Positions 1 through 13,500 of a DNA stretch of 64,000 bases are shown here, piece after piece. How positions within the stretch are numbered: the stretch's first letter is position 1; each line of letters starts with the position of its first letter. The notes beneath the pieces were generated by a model. That model was given only the letters and a program-made list of their open reading frames with translations, was not told where the DNA came from and searched no databases. The DNA comes from Octopus sinensis (lineage: Eukaryota): the NCBI RefSeq assembly GCF_006345805.1, contig NC_043024.1:14570001-14634000 (forward strand), given 5' to 3'. The translations under genes were made by a program, and so were the position numbers.

Positions 1-282
1 TGTTCCACAAGATGAGCAATGTCAATTTGCATGTATGACTGAATCTAAGCATCTTGAGAGAAAAACCAGGCATAATAAACATCAGATGTGGTGCACATGA
101 GAGGCATCTGTGCTGGTATGGTCATGTATGTATGTATGCATTTCTGTACGCCACAAGGCTTTGGCTGGCCCAAGGCTGTAGTAAAAGACACTTGCCCAAC
201 GTAACCTGTCACACAGTAGGACTCAGTGTGTGAACCATGTGGTTGCTTAAACATTATAATTCTAAGAAAACTTTAAATATTC

Positions 283-319
<37 letters not shown>

Positions 320-1507
320 CGGGAAGGTTTATGAAAATAAACAAAAGACGAAGGCAGGTGGAGTAGAAGCAAACAATGTATTAGTATGGCGCTCAGGAAT
401 AGAAATAGAACAAGTTTTTACATTTTGAGCGTACGCTCTTCGACAGAAAGATACACAGAAAAAACAAGGAGAGAAAAAAATGCGTGTAGGAGCTAACGAT
501 CTATCATGGCGTCCTGACCAAGTGGTTGAGCACTCCACAGACCCATGTACCCTTATATATATATATGTGGAGGCGCAATCGACCAGTGGTTAGGGCAGTG
601 GACTTGTGGTCGTAGGATCGCGGTTTCAATTCCCAGACCGGGCATTGTGAGTGTTTATTAAGTGAAAACACCTAAAGCTGCACGAGGCTCTTTCTTCCTG
701 TTTCTGTTGTACCTGTATTTCAAACGGCCAGCCTTGTCACACTCTGTGTCATGCTGAATCTCCCTGAGAAGTACGTTAAGAGTACACATGTCTGTGGAGT
801 ACTTAGCCACTTGCACATTAATAAATGAGTTGCGACGTCACAGGTGCCAAGCTCTATCAGCCTATTCCTTTCCTTCGATAACACTGTTGCGTAGAGAGGG
901 GAGGCTGGTATGCATGGGCGACTGCTGGTCTTCCATAAACAACCTTGCCCAGACTTATGCCTCAGAGGGTATCTTTCAAATATTCATGACCGAATGGGGT
1001 CACATATATATCATCAAAATAAGCAACAAGAATAACTTCAGTAATTTGGTATGATCGTTTCACACTACATCATTTTATTAAATGTTGTAAGTATTACAAC
1101 AGTTTTAAAATGCTGAGCACTCATCAACCATTAATGGAGGTTTTCCATTAATACATAATTTTCATATCAAGTGATAACATTATAGAGAAGGTAGATATAT
1201 AGACAAAGATGTGGATTTAAATTTTAAGAACAAGGTAACTGACTGAATAATATTCAGTTGCTATGAACTGCTAGAAGATTCTGAGAAGAATGGGCAATTG
1301 AAAGGAGACAAAAAAGATTTTCTATTTATAGAAATAGGGGTGAAATAGATGTCAAAGTTCCATATAAAAAAATTTAGGTACATGTCACATTATTTTAATC
1401 AAAGTTTTTCAAAGAATGCATCTGTACATAATTAGTTAGTGAAAATTTATGTAATTTATTAACTGTGTAAAATTGTATAATACAAATAAATTATTTCTCT
1501 TTTGCAG

Positions 1508-1543
1508 CTGCAAGCACAGGTACTCCAACAGTCTCTTCAGCAG
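1508..1543 (+). CDS. Micro-exon family A ([12 protein letters not shown])
   Basis: ttatttctcttttgcAG|CTGCAAGCACAGGTACTCCAACAGTCTCTTCAGCAG|GTttgt; 36 nt, phase 1-1. Confidence 0.8.
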
Positions 1544-4500
1544 GTTTGTATATTTGATACTAAACCATATGTTTAGTCAATATAATGAAAGTACTTACTA
1601 GGTGTCTAAGTTTACCTTGTCTCTCACAGAATATAACTTATCAGTCTGGGATTAGTTTTAGTTAGGTTCATACAATCTAAAAGAAACAAAAATAAAATTC
1701 AAAAGTAACATTTGATCTTTACTTGTTCGTGTTGGCTGTAAATGTTCACCTCTTGTAGAACCAAGACTGAGGAAATTTTAGTTGGTGTTACTGAAAACTA
1801 TATTCTTCAAGACGACCAGATCCAAGAAACAACTGACACTACCTTAGTCTCGTTGGCTCTAGTAGAACATGTGACAAATGGCTGAACACTGAAATATCAC
1901 CAACTGAATTAAAGATTACTTATATAAATATGAAGAGTCAACTTAGAGCTGAACAGCAGGTCGGGATCTTAGATAATCTGAATTCAATATTCAATAGTGC
2001 CGGTGGCACATAAAAAGCACCATCCAATCGTGGCCTTTTGCAAGCCTCGTCTGGCACCTGTGCAGGTGGCACATAAAAAGCACCCACTACACTCTCGGGG
2101 TGGTTGGCGTTAGGAAGGGCATCTAGCTGTAGAAACGCTGCCAGATGTACTACACTTTTTTTTAGGGATAACACCCTTTTCTTCAAAATAATATGCAGCA
2201 TTCACCTCTGTCATCAAAGCAATTATTTCTGCTTAGTTCATCTTTATGATGCACAGTTCTGATGGTTTAGCCTGCAAATCTTGAGAAAAATCTCTAAATA
2301 AACATGGCATATTCTTTTTGCAAACAACTGTTATTTATTTGATCAAATCCTGCAGGTAACATTTAAAGAATTGTATTAGTTATTAACAATCCAAAAATAA
2401 CATATAATGCAAACAAATTGCTATTTTCTTGCAGGACCAAGTGTATCTGGCATATCTCTCACTCCATCAGGTAAGTACACTTCTACTGTATGTTTAGTGA
2501 TTATTATAAAAGTGTTACTGAATGCAATTTGTGATTCTGTGATAGAATTTATAGCTTATCATAAAGCGGTTTGAAATAATTATCAATAGATGTCTTGCAC
2601 ACAACTTGCACATGCAAGTGCTACCAGTCAAGAACTCTGCATACCAGAAACCAGCTAGTGTATGGGGTCATCAGGAGAGAATGCTCACCATTTTGGGGCC
2701 TACCTCTCGACGGCATCAATGTGCACCAGCCCCCTCACTGATATGAGGCTCTGCTTGCTACATCAACTGGTTATCAAATAAAGCTCAATATTCTTCTAGC
2801 CATCGCTCATCGTCTCTTTTTAACCAAATTCAGTGGCTAGCCTTCTCCACTGTAGTTTGGATATTGGTCACGGTGGGATTGACTTTACAATGAGTTAGGC
2901 CTAACGATAACAACAGTCGTCTCACACTGTGTCCAACGAACCCTCTACATCCAACTTCGAAACATCAGCAACATTCAGCCTGGCTGGGTTCACTTGTGGT
3001 AAAATGCTTACATATGGAGTTGGAACTGTTGTGGTGATAGACAGGAACATTGCAAAGCCAGCAGATCATACAATATTCATTTCTTTCATGCTTTCACATG
3101 TCCTCTGCAATCACAACCCATGTTTCACGACAGAGGAAATGTGAAAGCGTGAAAGAAATGAATCTAGGATGTTCCACAAGATGAGCAATGTCAATTTGCA
3201 TGTATGACTGAATCTAAGCATCTTGAAAGAAAAACCAGGCATAATAAACATCAGATGTGGTGCACATGAGAGGCATCTGTGCTGGTATGGTCATGTATGT
3301 ATGTATGCATTTCTGTACGCCACAAGGCTTTGGCTGGCCCAAGGCTGTACTAAAGGACACTTGCCCAACGTAACCTGTCACACAGTAGGACTCAGTGTGT
3401 GAACCATGTGGTTGCTTAAACATTATAATTCTAAGAAAACTTTAAATATTCATTTCAAATATTGGCTATATATATAACGGGAAGGTTTATGAAAATAAAC
3501 AAAAGACGAAGGCAGGTGGAGTAGAAGCAAACTAATGTATTAGTATGGCGCTCAGGAATAGAAATGGAACAAGTTTTTACATTTTGAGCGTACGCTCTTC
3601 GACAGAAAGATACACAGAAAAAACAAGGAGAGAAAAAATGCGTGTATGAGCTAACGATCTATCATGGCGTCCTGACCAAGTGGTTGAGCACTCCACAGAC
3701 ACATGTACCCTTATATATATATATGTGTGGAGGCGCAATGGACCAGTGGTTAGGGCAGTGGACTTGTGGTCGTAGGATCGCGGTTTCAATTCCCAGACCG
3801 GGCATTGTGAGTGTTTATTAAGCAAAAACACCTAAAGCTGCACGAGGCTCCAGCTGGGGATGGTGGTGAACCCTGCTGTACTCTTTCACCACAACTTTCT
3901 CTCACTCTTTCTTCCTGTTTCTGTTGTACCTGTATTTCAAAGGGCCAGCCTTATCACACTCTGTGTTATGCCGAATCTCCCCAAGAACTACGTTAAGGGT
4001 ACATGTGTCTGTGGAGTGCTCAGCCACTTGCACATTAATAAATGAGTTGCGACGTCACAGGTGCCAAGCTGTATCAGCCTATTCCTTTCCATTCGATAAC
4101 ACTGCTTGCGTAGAGAGGGGAGGCTGGTATGCATGGGCGACTGCTGGTCTTCCATAAACAACCTTGCCCAGACTTATGCCTCAGAGGGTATCTTTCAAAT
4201 ATTTATGACCGAATGGTGTCACATATATATCATCAAAATAAGCAACAAGAATAACATCGGTAATTTGGTATGATCGTTTCGCACTACATCATTTTATTAA
4301 ATGTTGTAAGTATTACAACAGTTTTAAAATGCTGAGCACTCATCAACCCTTAATAGAGGTTTTCCATTAATACATAATTTTCATATCAATTGATAACATT
4401 ATAGAGAAGGTAGATATATAGACAAAGATGTGGATTTAAATTTTAAGAACATTTAAGGTAGTGGAGTTTATCAACTGACTGGATAATATTCAGTTGCTAT

Positions 4501-7500
4501 GAACTGCTAGAAGATTCTGAGAAGAATGGACAATTGAAAGGAGACAAAAAAGATTTTCTATTTATAGAAATAGGGGTGAAATAGATGTCAAAGTTCCATA
4601 TAAAAAAATTTAGGTACATGTCACATTATTTTAATCAAAGTTTTTCAAAGAATGCATCTGTACATAATTAGTTAGTGAAAATTTATGTAATTTATTAACT
4701 GTGTAAAATTGTATAATACAAATAAATTATTTCTCTTTTGCAGCTGCAAGCACAGGTACTCCAACAGTCTCTTCAGCAGGTTTGTATATTTGATACTAAA
4801 CCATATGTTAGTCAATATAATGAAAGTACTTACTAGGTGTCTAAGTTTACCTTGTCTGTCACAGAATATAACTTATCAGTTTTGAATTAGTTTTAGTTAG
4901 GTTCATACAATCTAAAAGAAACAAAAAGAAAATTCAAAAGTAACATTTGAACTTTACTTGTTGGTGTTGGCTGTAAATGTTCACCTCTTGTAGAACCAAG
5001 ACTGAGGAAATTTTAGTTGGTGTTACTGAAAACTATATTCTCCAAAACGACCAGATCCAAGAAACAACTGACACTACCTTAGTCTCGTTGGCTCTAGTAG
5101 AACATGTGACAAATGGCTGAACACTGAAATATCACCAACTGAATTAAAGATTACTTATATAAATATGAAGAGTCAACTTAGAGCTGAACAGCAGGTCGTG
5201 ATCTTAGATAATCTGAATTCAATATTCAATAGTGCCGGTGGCACGTAAAAAGCACCATCCGATCGTGGCCTTTTGCCAGCCTCGTCTGGCACCTGTGCAG
5301 GTGGCACATGAAAAGCACCCATTACACTCTCGGAGTGGTTGGCGTTAGGAAGGGCATCTAGCTGTAGAAACGCTGCCAGATGTACTACACTTTTTTTTAG
5401 GGATAACACCCTTTTCTTCAAAATAATACGCAGCATTCACCTCTGTCATCAAAGCAATTATTTCTGCTTAGTTCATCTTTATGATGCACAGTTCTGATGG
5501 TTTAGCCTGCAAATCTTGAGAAAAATCTCTAAATAAACATGGCATATTCTTTTTGCAAACAACTGTTATTTATTTGATCAAATCCTGCAGGTAACATTTA
5601 AAGAATTGTATTAGTTATTAACAATCCAAAAATAACATATAATGCAAACAAATTGCTATTTTCTTGCAGGACCAAGTGTATCTGGCATATCTCTCACTCC
5701 ATCAGGTAAGTACACTTCTACTGTATGTTTAGTGATTATTATAAAAGTGTTACTGAATGCAATTTGTGATTCTGTGATAGAATTTATAGCTTATCATAAA
5801 GCGGTTTGAAATAATTATCAATAGATGTCTTGCAAACAACTTGCACATGCAAGTGCTACCAGCCAAGAACTCTGCATACTGGAAGCCAGGTAGTGTATGG
5901 GGTCATCAGGAGAGAATGCTCACCATTTTGGGGCCTACCTCTCGACAGCATCAATGTGCACCAGCCACCTCACTGATATGAGGCTCTGCTTGCTAGATCA
6001 GCTGTTTATCAAATAAAGCTCAATATTCTTCTAGCCATCGCTCATCGTCTCTTTTTAACCAAATTCAGTGGCTAGCCTTCTCCACTGTAGTTTGGATATT
6101 GGTCACGGTGGGATTGACTTTACGATGAGTTAGGCCTAACGATAACAACAGTCGTCTCACACTGTGTCCAACGAACCCTCTACATCCAACTTCGAAACAT
6201 CAGCAACATTCAGCCTGGCTGGGTTCACTTGTGGTAAAATGCCTGGATATGGAGTTGAATCTGTTGTGGTGATAGACAGGAACATTGCAAAGCCAGCAGA
6301 TCATACAATATTCATTTCTTTCAAGCTTTTACATGTCCTCTGCAATCACAACCCATGTTTCACGACAGAGGAAATGTGAAAGCGTGAAAGAAATGAATCT
6401 AGGATGTTCCACAAGATGAGCAATGTCAATTTGCATGTATGACTGAATCTAAGCATCTTGAGAGAAAAACCAGGCATAATAAACGTCAGATGTGGTGCAC
6501 ATGACAGGCATCTGTGCTGGTATGGTCATGTATGTATGTATGTATGTATACATTTCTGTATGCAATAAGGCTTTGGCTGGCCCAAGGCTGTAGTAAAAGA
6601 CACTTGCCCAACGTAACCTGTCACACAGTAGGACTCAGTGCGTGAACCATGTGGTTGCTTAAACATTATAATTCTAAGAAAACTTTAAATATTCATTTCA
6701 AATATTGGCTTTATATATATATATATATATATATAACGGGAAGGTTTATGAAAATAAACAAAAGACGAAGGCAGGTGGAGTAGAAGCAAACTAATGTATT
6801 AGTATGGCGCTCAGGAATAGAAATGAAACAAGTTTTTACATTTTGAGCGTACGCTCTTCGACAGAAAGATACACAGAAAAAACAAGGAGAGAAAAAATGC
6901 GTGTATGAGCTAACGATCTATCATGGCGTCCTGACCAAGTGGTTGAGCACTCCACAGACACATGTACCCTTATATATATATATGTGTGGAGGCGCAATGG
7001 ACCAGTGGTTAGGGCAGTGGACTTGTGGTCGTAGGATCGCGGTTTCAATTCCCAGACCGGGCATTGTGAGTGTTTATTAAGCAAAAACACCTAAAGCTGC
7101 ACGAGGCTCCAGCTGGGGATGGTGGTGAACCCTGCTGTACTCTTTCACCACAACTTTCTCTCACTCTTTCTTCCTGTTTCTGTTGTACCTGTATTTCAAA
7201 GGGCCAGCCTTATCACACTCTGTGTTATGCCGAATCTCCCCAAGAACTACGTTAAGGGTACATGTGTCTGTGGAGTGCTCAGCCACTTGCACATTAATAA
7301 ATGAGTTGCGACGTCACAGGTGCCAAGCTGTATCAGCCTATTCCTTTCCCTTTGATAACACTGCTTGCGTAGAGAGGGGAGGCTGGTATGCATGGGCGAC
7401 TGCTGGTCTTCCATAAACAACCTTGCCCAGACTTATGCCTCAGAGGGTATCTTTCAAATATTCATGACCGAATGGTGTCACATATATATCATCAAAATAA

Positions 7501-10500
7501 GCAACAAGAATAACATCGGTAATTTGGTATGATCGTTTCGCACTACATCATTTTATTAATGTTGTAAGTATTACAACAGTTTTAAAATGCTGAGCACTCA
7601 TCAACCATTAATAGAGGTTTTCCATTAATACATAATTTTCATATCAATTGATAACATTATAGAGAAGGTAGATATATAGACAAAGATGTGGATTTAAATT
7701 TTAAGAACATTTAAGGTAGTGGAGTTTATCAACTGACTGGATAATATTCAGTTGCTATGAACTGCTAGAAGATTCTGAGAAAAATGGACAATTGAAAGGA
7801 GACAAAAAAGATTTTCTATTTATAGAAATAGGGGTGAAATAGATGTCAAAGTTCCATATAAAAAAATTTAGGTACATGTCACATTATTTCAATCAAAGTT
7901 TTTCAAAGAATGCATCTGTACATAATTAGTTAATGAAAATTTATGTAATTTATTAACTGTGTAAAATTGTATAATACAAATAAATTATTTCTCTTTTGCA
8001 GCTGCAAGCACAGGTACTCCAACAGTCTCTTCAGCAGGTTTGTATATTTGATACTAAACCATATGTTTAGTCAATATAATGAAAGTACTTACTAGGTGTC
8101 TAAGTTTACCTTGTCTGTCACAGAATATAACTTATCAGTCTGGGATTAGTTTTAGTTAGGTTCATACAATCTAAAAGAAACAAAAATAAAATTCAAAAGT
8201 AACATTTGATCTTTACTTGGTGTTGGCTGTAAATGTTCACCTCTTGTAGAACCAAGACTGAGGAAATTTTAGTTGGTGTTACTGAAAACTATATTCTTCA
8301 AGACGACCAGATCCAAGAAACAACTGACACTACCTTAGTCTCATTGGCTCTAGTAGAACATGTGACAAATGGCTGAACACTGAAATATCACCAACTGAAT
8401 TAAAGATTACTTATATAAATAAGAAGAGTCAACTTAGAGCTGAACAGCAGGTCGTGATCTTAGATAATCTGAATTCAATATTCAATAGTGCCGGTGGCAC
8501 GTAAAAAGCACCATCCGATCGTGGCCTTTTGCCAGCCTCGTCTGGCACCTGTGCAGGTGCCACATAAAAAGCACCCATTACACTCTCGGAGTGGTTGGCG
8601 TTAGGAAGGGCATCTAGGTGTAGAAACGCTGCCAGATGTACTACACTTTTTTTTAGGGATAACACCCTTTTCTTCAAAATAATACGCAGCATTCACCTCT
8701 GTCATCAAAGCAATTATTTCTGCTTAGTTCATCTTTATGATGCACAGTTCTGATGGTTTAGCCTGCAAATCTTGAGAAAAATCTCTAAATAAACATGGCA
8801 TATTCTTTTTGCAAACAACTGTTATTTATTTGATCAAATCCTGCAGGTAACATTTAAAGAATTGTATTAGTTATTAACAATCCAAAAATAACATATAATG
8901 CAAACAAATTGCTATTTTCTTGCAGGACCAAGTGTATCTGGCATATCTCTCACTCCATCAGGTAAGTACACTTCTACTGTATGTTTAGTGATTATTATAA
9001 AAGTGTTACTGAATGCAATTTGTGATTCTGTGATAGAATTTTTAGCTTATCATAAAGCGGTTTGAAATAATTATCAATAGATGTCTTGCAAACAACTTGC
9101 ACATGCAAGTGCTACCAGCCAAGAACTCTGCATACTGGAAGCCAGGTAGTGTATGGGGTCATCAGGAGAGAATGCTCACCGTTTCGAGGCCTACCTCTCG
9201 ACAGCATCAATGTGCACCAGCCACCTCACTGATATGAGGCTCTGCTTGCTAGATCAGCTGTTTATCAAATAAAGCTCAATATTCTTCTAGCCATCACTCA
9301 TCGTCTCTTTTTAACCAAATCCAGTGGCTAGCCTTCTCCACTGTAGTTTGGATATTGGTCACGGTGGGATTGACTTTACGATGAGTTAGGCCTAACGATA
9401 ACAACAGTCGTCTCACACTGTGTCCAACGAACCCTCTACATCCAACTTCGAAACATCAGGAACATTCAGCCTGGCTGGGTTCACTTGTGGTAAAATGCTT
9501 ACATATGGAGTTGGAACTGTTGTGGTGATAGACAGGAACATTGCAAAGCCAGCAGATCATACAATATTCATTTCTTTCATGCTTTCACATGTCCTCTGCA
9601 ATCACAACCCATGTTTCACGACAGAGGAAATGTGAAAGCGTGAAAGAAATGAATCTAGGATGTTCCACAAGATGAGCAATGTCAATTTGCATGTATGACT
9701 GAATCTAAGCATCTTGAAAGAAAAACCAGGCATAATAAACATCAGATGTGGTGCACATGAGAGGCATCTGTGCTGGTATGGTCATGTATGTATGTATGTA
9801 TGTATGTATGCATTTCTGTATGCCACAAGGCTTTGGCTGGCCCAAGGCTGTAGTAAAAGACACTTGCCCAACGTAACCTGTCACACAGTAGGACTCAGTG
9901 TGTGAACCATGTGGTTGCTTAAACATTATAATTCTAAGAAAACTTTAAATATTCATTTCAAATATTGACTATATATATATATATAACGGGAAGGTTTATG
10001 AAAATAAACAAAAGACGAAGGCAGGTGGAGTAGAAGCAAACTAATGTATTAGTATGGCGCTCAGGAATAGAAATAGAACAAGTCTTTTACATTTTGAGCG
10101 AACGCTCTTCGACAGAAAGATACACAGAAAAAACAAGGTGAGAAAAAATGCGTGTAGGAGCTAACGATCTATCATGGCGTCCTGACCAAGTGGTTGAGCA
10201 CTCCACAGACACATGTACCCTTATATATATATATGTGTGGAGGCGCAATGGACCATTGGTTAGGGCAGTGGACTTGTGGTCGTAGGATCGCGGTTTAAAT
10301 TCCCAGACCGGGCATTGTGAGTGTTTATTAAGCAAAAACACCTAAAGCTGCACGAGGCTCCAGCTGGGGATGGTGGTGAACCCTGCTGTACTCGTTCACC
10401 ACAACTTTCTCTCACTCTTTCTTCCTGTTTCTGTTGTACCTGTATTTCAAAGGGCCAGCCTTATCACACTCTGTGTTATGCCGAATCTCCCCAAGAACTA

Positions 10501-13500
10501 CGTTAAGGGTACATGTGTCTGTGGAGTGCTCAGCCACTTGCACATTAATAAATGAGTTGCGACGTCACAGGTGCCAAGCTGTATCAGCCTATTCCTTTCC
10601 ATTCGATAACACTGGTCGCGTGGAGAGGGGAGGCTGGTATGCATGGGCGACTGCTGGTCTTCCATAAACAACCTTGCCCAGACTTATGCCTCAGAGGGTC
10701 ACTTTCAAATATTCATGACCGAATGGGGTCACATATATATCATCAAAATAAGCAACAAGAATAACATCGGTAATTTGGTATGATCGTTTCACACTACATC
10801 ATTTTATTAAATGTTGTAAGTATTACAACAGTTTTAAAATGCTGAGCACTCATCAACCCTTAATAGAGGTTTTCCATTAATACATAATTTTCATATCAAG
10901 TATTAACATTATAGAGAAGGTAGATATACAGACAAAGATGTGGATTTAAATTTTAAGAACATTTAAGGTAGTGGAGTTTATCAACTGACTGGATAATATT
11001 CAGTTGCTATGAACTGCTAGAAGATTCTGAGAAGAATGGACAATTGAAAGGAGACAAAAAAGATTTTCTATTTATAGAAATAGGGGTGAAATAGATGTCA
11101 AAGTTCCATATAAAAAAATTTAGGTACATGTCACGTTATTTTAATCAAAGTTTTTCTCAGAATGCATCTGTACATAATTAGTTAGTGAGAATTTATGTAA
11201 TTTATTAACTGTGTAAAATTGTATAATACAAATAAATTATTTCTCTTTTGCAGCTGCAAGCACAGGTACTCCAACAGTCTCTTCAGCAGGTTTGTATATT
11301 TGATACTAAACCATATGTTTAGTCAATATAATGAAAGTACTTACTAGGTGTCTAAGTTTACCTTGTCTGTCACAGAATATAACTTATCAGTCTGGGATTA
11401 GTTTTAGTTAGGTTCATACAATCTAAAAGAAACAAAAATAAAATTCAAAAGTAACATTTGATCTTTACTTGGTGTTGGCTGTAAATGTTCACCTCTTGTA
11501 GAACCAAGACTGAGGAAATTTTAGTTGGTGTTACTGAAAACTATATTCTTCAAGACGACCAGATCCAAGAAACAACTGACACTACCTTAGTCTCATTGGC
11601 TCTAGTAGAACATGTAACAAATGGCTGAACACTGAAATATCACCCACTGAATTAAAGATTACTTATATAAAAAAGAAGAGTCAACTTAGAGCTGAACAGC
11701 AGGTCGGGATCTTAGATAATCTGAATTCAATATTCAATAGTGCCGGTGGCACGTAAAAAGCACCATCCGATCGTGGCCTTTTGCCAGCCTCGTCTGGCAC
11801 CTGTGCAGGTGGCACATAAAAAGCACCCATTACACTCTCGGAGTGGTTGGCGTTAGGAAGGGCATCTAGCTGTAGAAACGCTGCCAGATGTACTACACTT
11901 TTTTTTAGGGATAACACCCTTTTCTTCAAAATAATACGCAGCATTCACCTCTGTCATCAAAGCAATTATTTCTGCTTAGTTCATCTTTATGATGCACAGT
12001 TCTGATGGTTTAGTCTGCAAATCTTGAGAAAAATCTCTAAATAAACATGGCATATTCTTTTTGCAAACAACTGTTATTTATTTGATCAAATCCTGCAGGT
12101 AACATTTAAAGAATTGTATTAGTTATTAACAATCCAAAAATAACATATAATGCAAACAAATTGCTATTTTCTTGCAGGACCAAGTGTATCTGGCATATCT
12201 CTCACTCCATCAGGTAAGTACACTTCTACTGTATGTTTAGTGATTATTATAAAAGTGTTACTGAATGCAATTTGTGATTCTGTGATAGAATTTATAGCTT
12301 ATCATAAAGCGGTTTGAAATAATTATCAATAGATGTCTTGCACACAACTTGCAAATGCAAGTGCTACCAGCCAAGAACTCTGCATACCGGAAGCCAGCTA
12401 GTGTATGGGGTCATTAGGAGGGAATGCTCACCGTTTCGGGGCCTACCTCTCGACACCATCAATGTGCACCAGCCCCACTCACTGATATGAGGCCCTGCTT
12501 GTTAGATCAGCTGGTTATCAAATAAAGCTCAATATTCTTCTAGCCATCGCACATCGTCTCTTTTTAACCAAATCCAGTGGCTAGCCTTCTCCACTGTAGT
12601 TTGGATATTGGTCACGGTGGGATTGACTTTACGATGAGTTAGGCCTAACGATAACAACAGTCGTCTCACACTGTGTCCAACGAACCCTCTAAATCCAACT
12701 TCGAAACATCAGAAACATTCAGCCTGGCTGGGTTCAGTTGTGGTAAAATGCTTACATATGGAGTTGGAACTGTTGTGGTGATAGACAGGAACATTGCAAA
12801 GCCAGCAGATCATACAATATTCATTTCTTTCAAGCTTTTACATGTCCTCTGCAATCACAACCCATGTTTCATGACAGAGGAAATGTGAAAGCGTGAAAGA
12901 AATGAATCTAGGATGTTCCACAAGATGAGCAATGTCAATTTGCATGTATGACTGAATCTAAGCATCTCGAGAGAAAAACCAGGCATAATAAACGTCAGAT
13001 GTGGTGCACATGAGAGGCATCTGTGCTGGTATGGTCATGTATGTATGCATTTCTGTACGCCACAAGGCTTTGGCTGGCCCAAGGCTGTAGTAAAGGACAC
13101 TTGCCCAACGTAACCTGTCACACAGTAGGACTCAGTGTGTGAACCATGTGGTTGCTTAAACATTATAATTCTAAGAAAACTTTAAATATTCATTTCAAAT
13201 ATTGACTATATATATATATATAACGGGAAGGTTTATGAAAATAAACAAAAGACGAAGGCAGGTGGAGTAGAAGCAAACAAATGTATTAGTATGGCGCTCA
13301 GGAATAGAAATAGAACAAGTCTTTTACATTTCGAGCCTACGCTCTTCGACAGAAAGATACACAGAAAAAACAAGGAGAGAAAAAAATGCGTAGGAGCTAA
13401 CGATCTATCATGGCGTCCTGACCAAGTGGTTGAGCACTCCACAGACACATGTACCCTTATATATATATATGTGGAGGTGCAATGGACCAGTGGTCAGGGC

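Noticed and set aside
2341-2365. CCTGCAG|GTAACA, a recursive-splice-like AG/GT site 79 nt upstream of exon B in each tandem unit
   Set aside because: Not conserved in dispersed B cassettes; used as an acceptor it meets TAA at once; no upstream partner acceptor.
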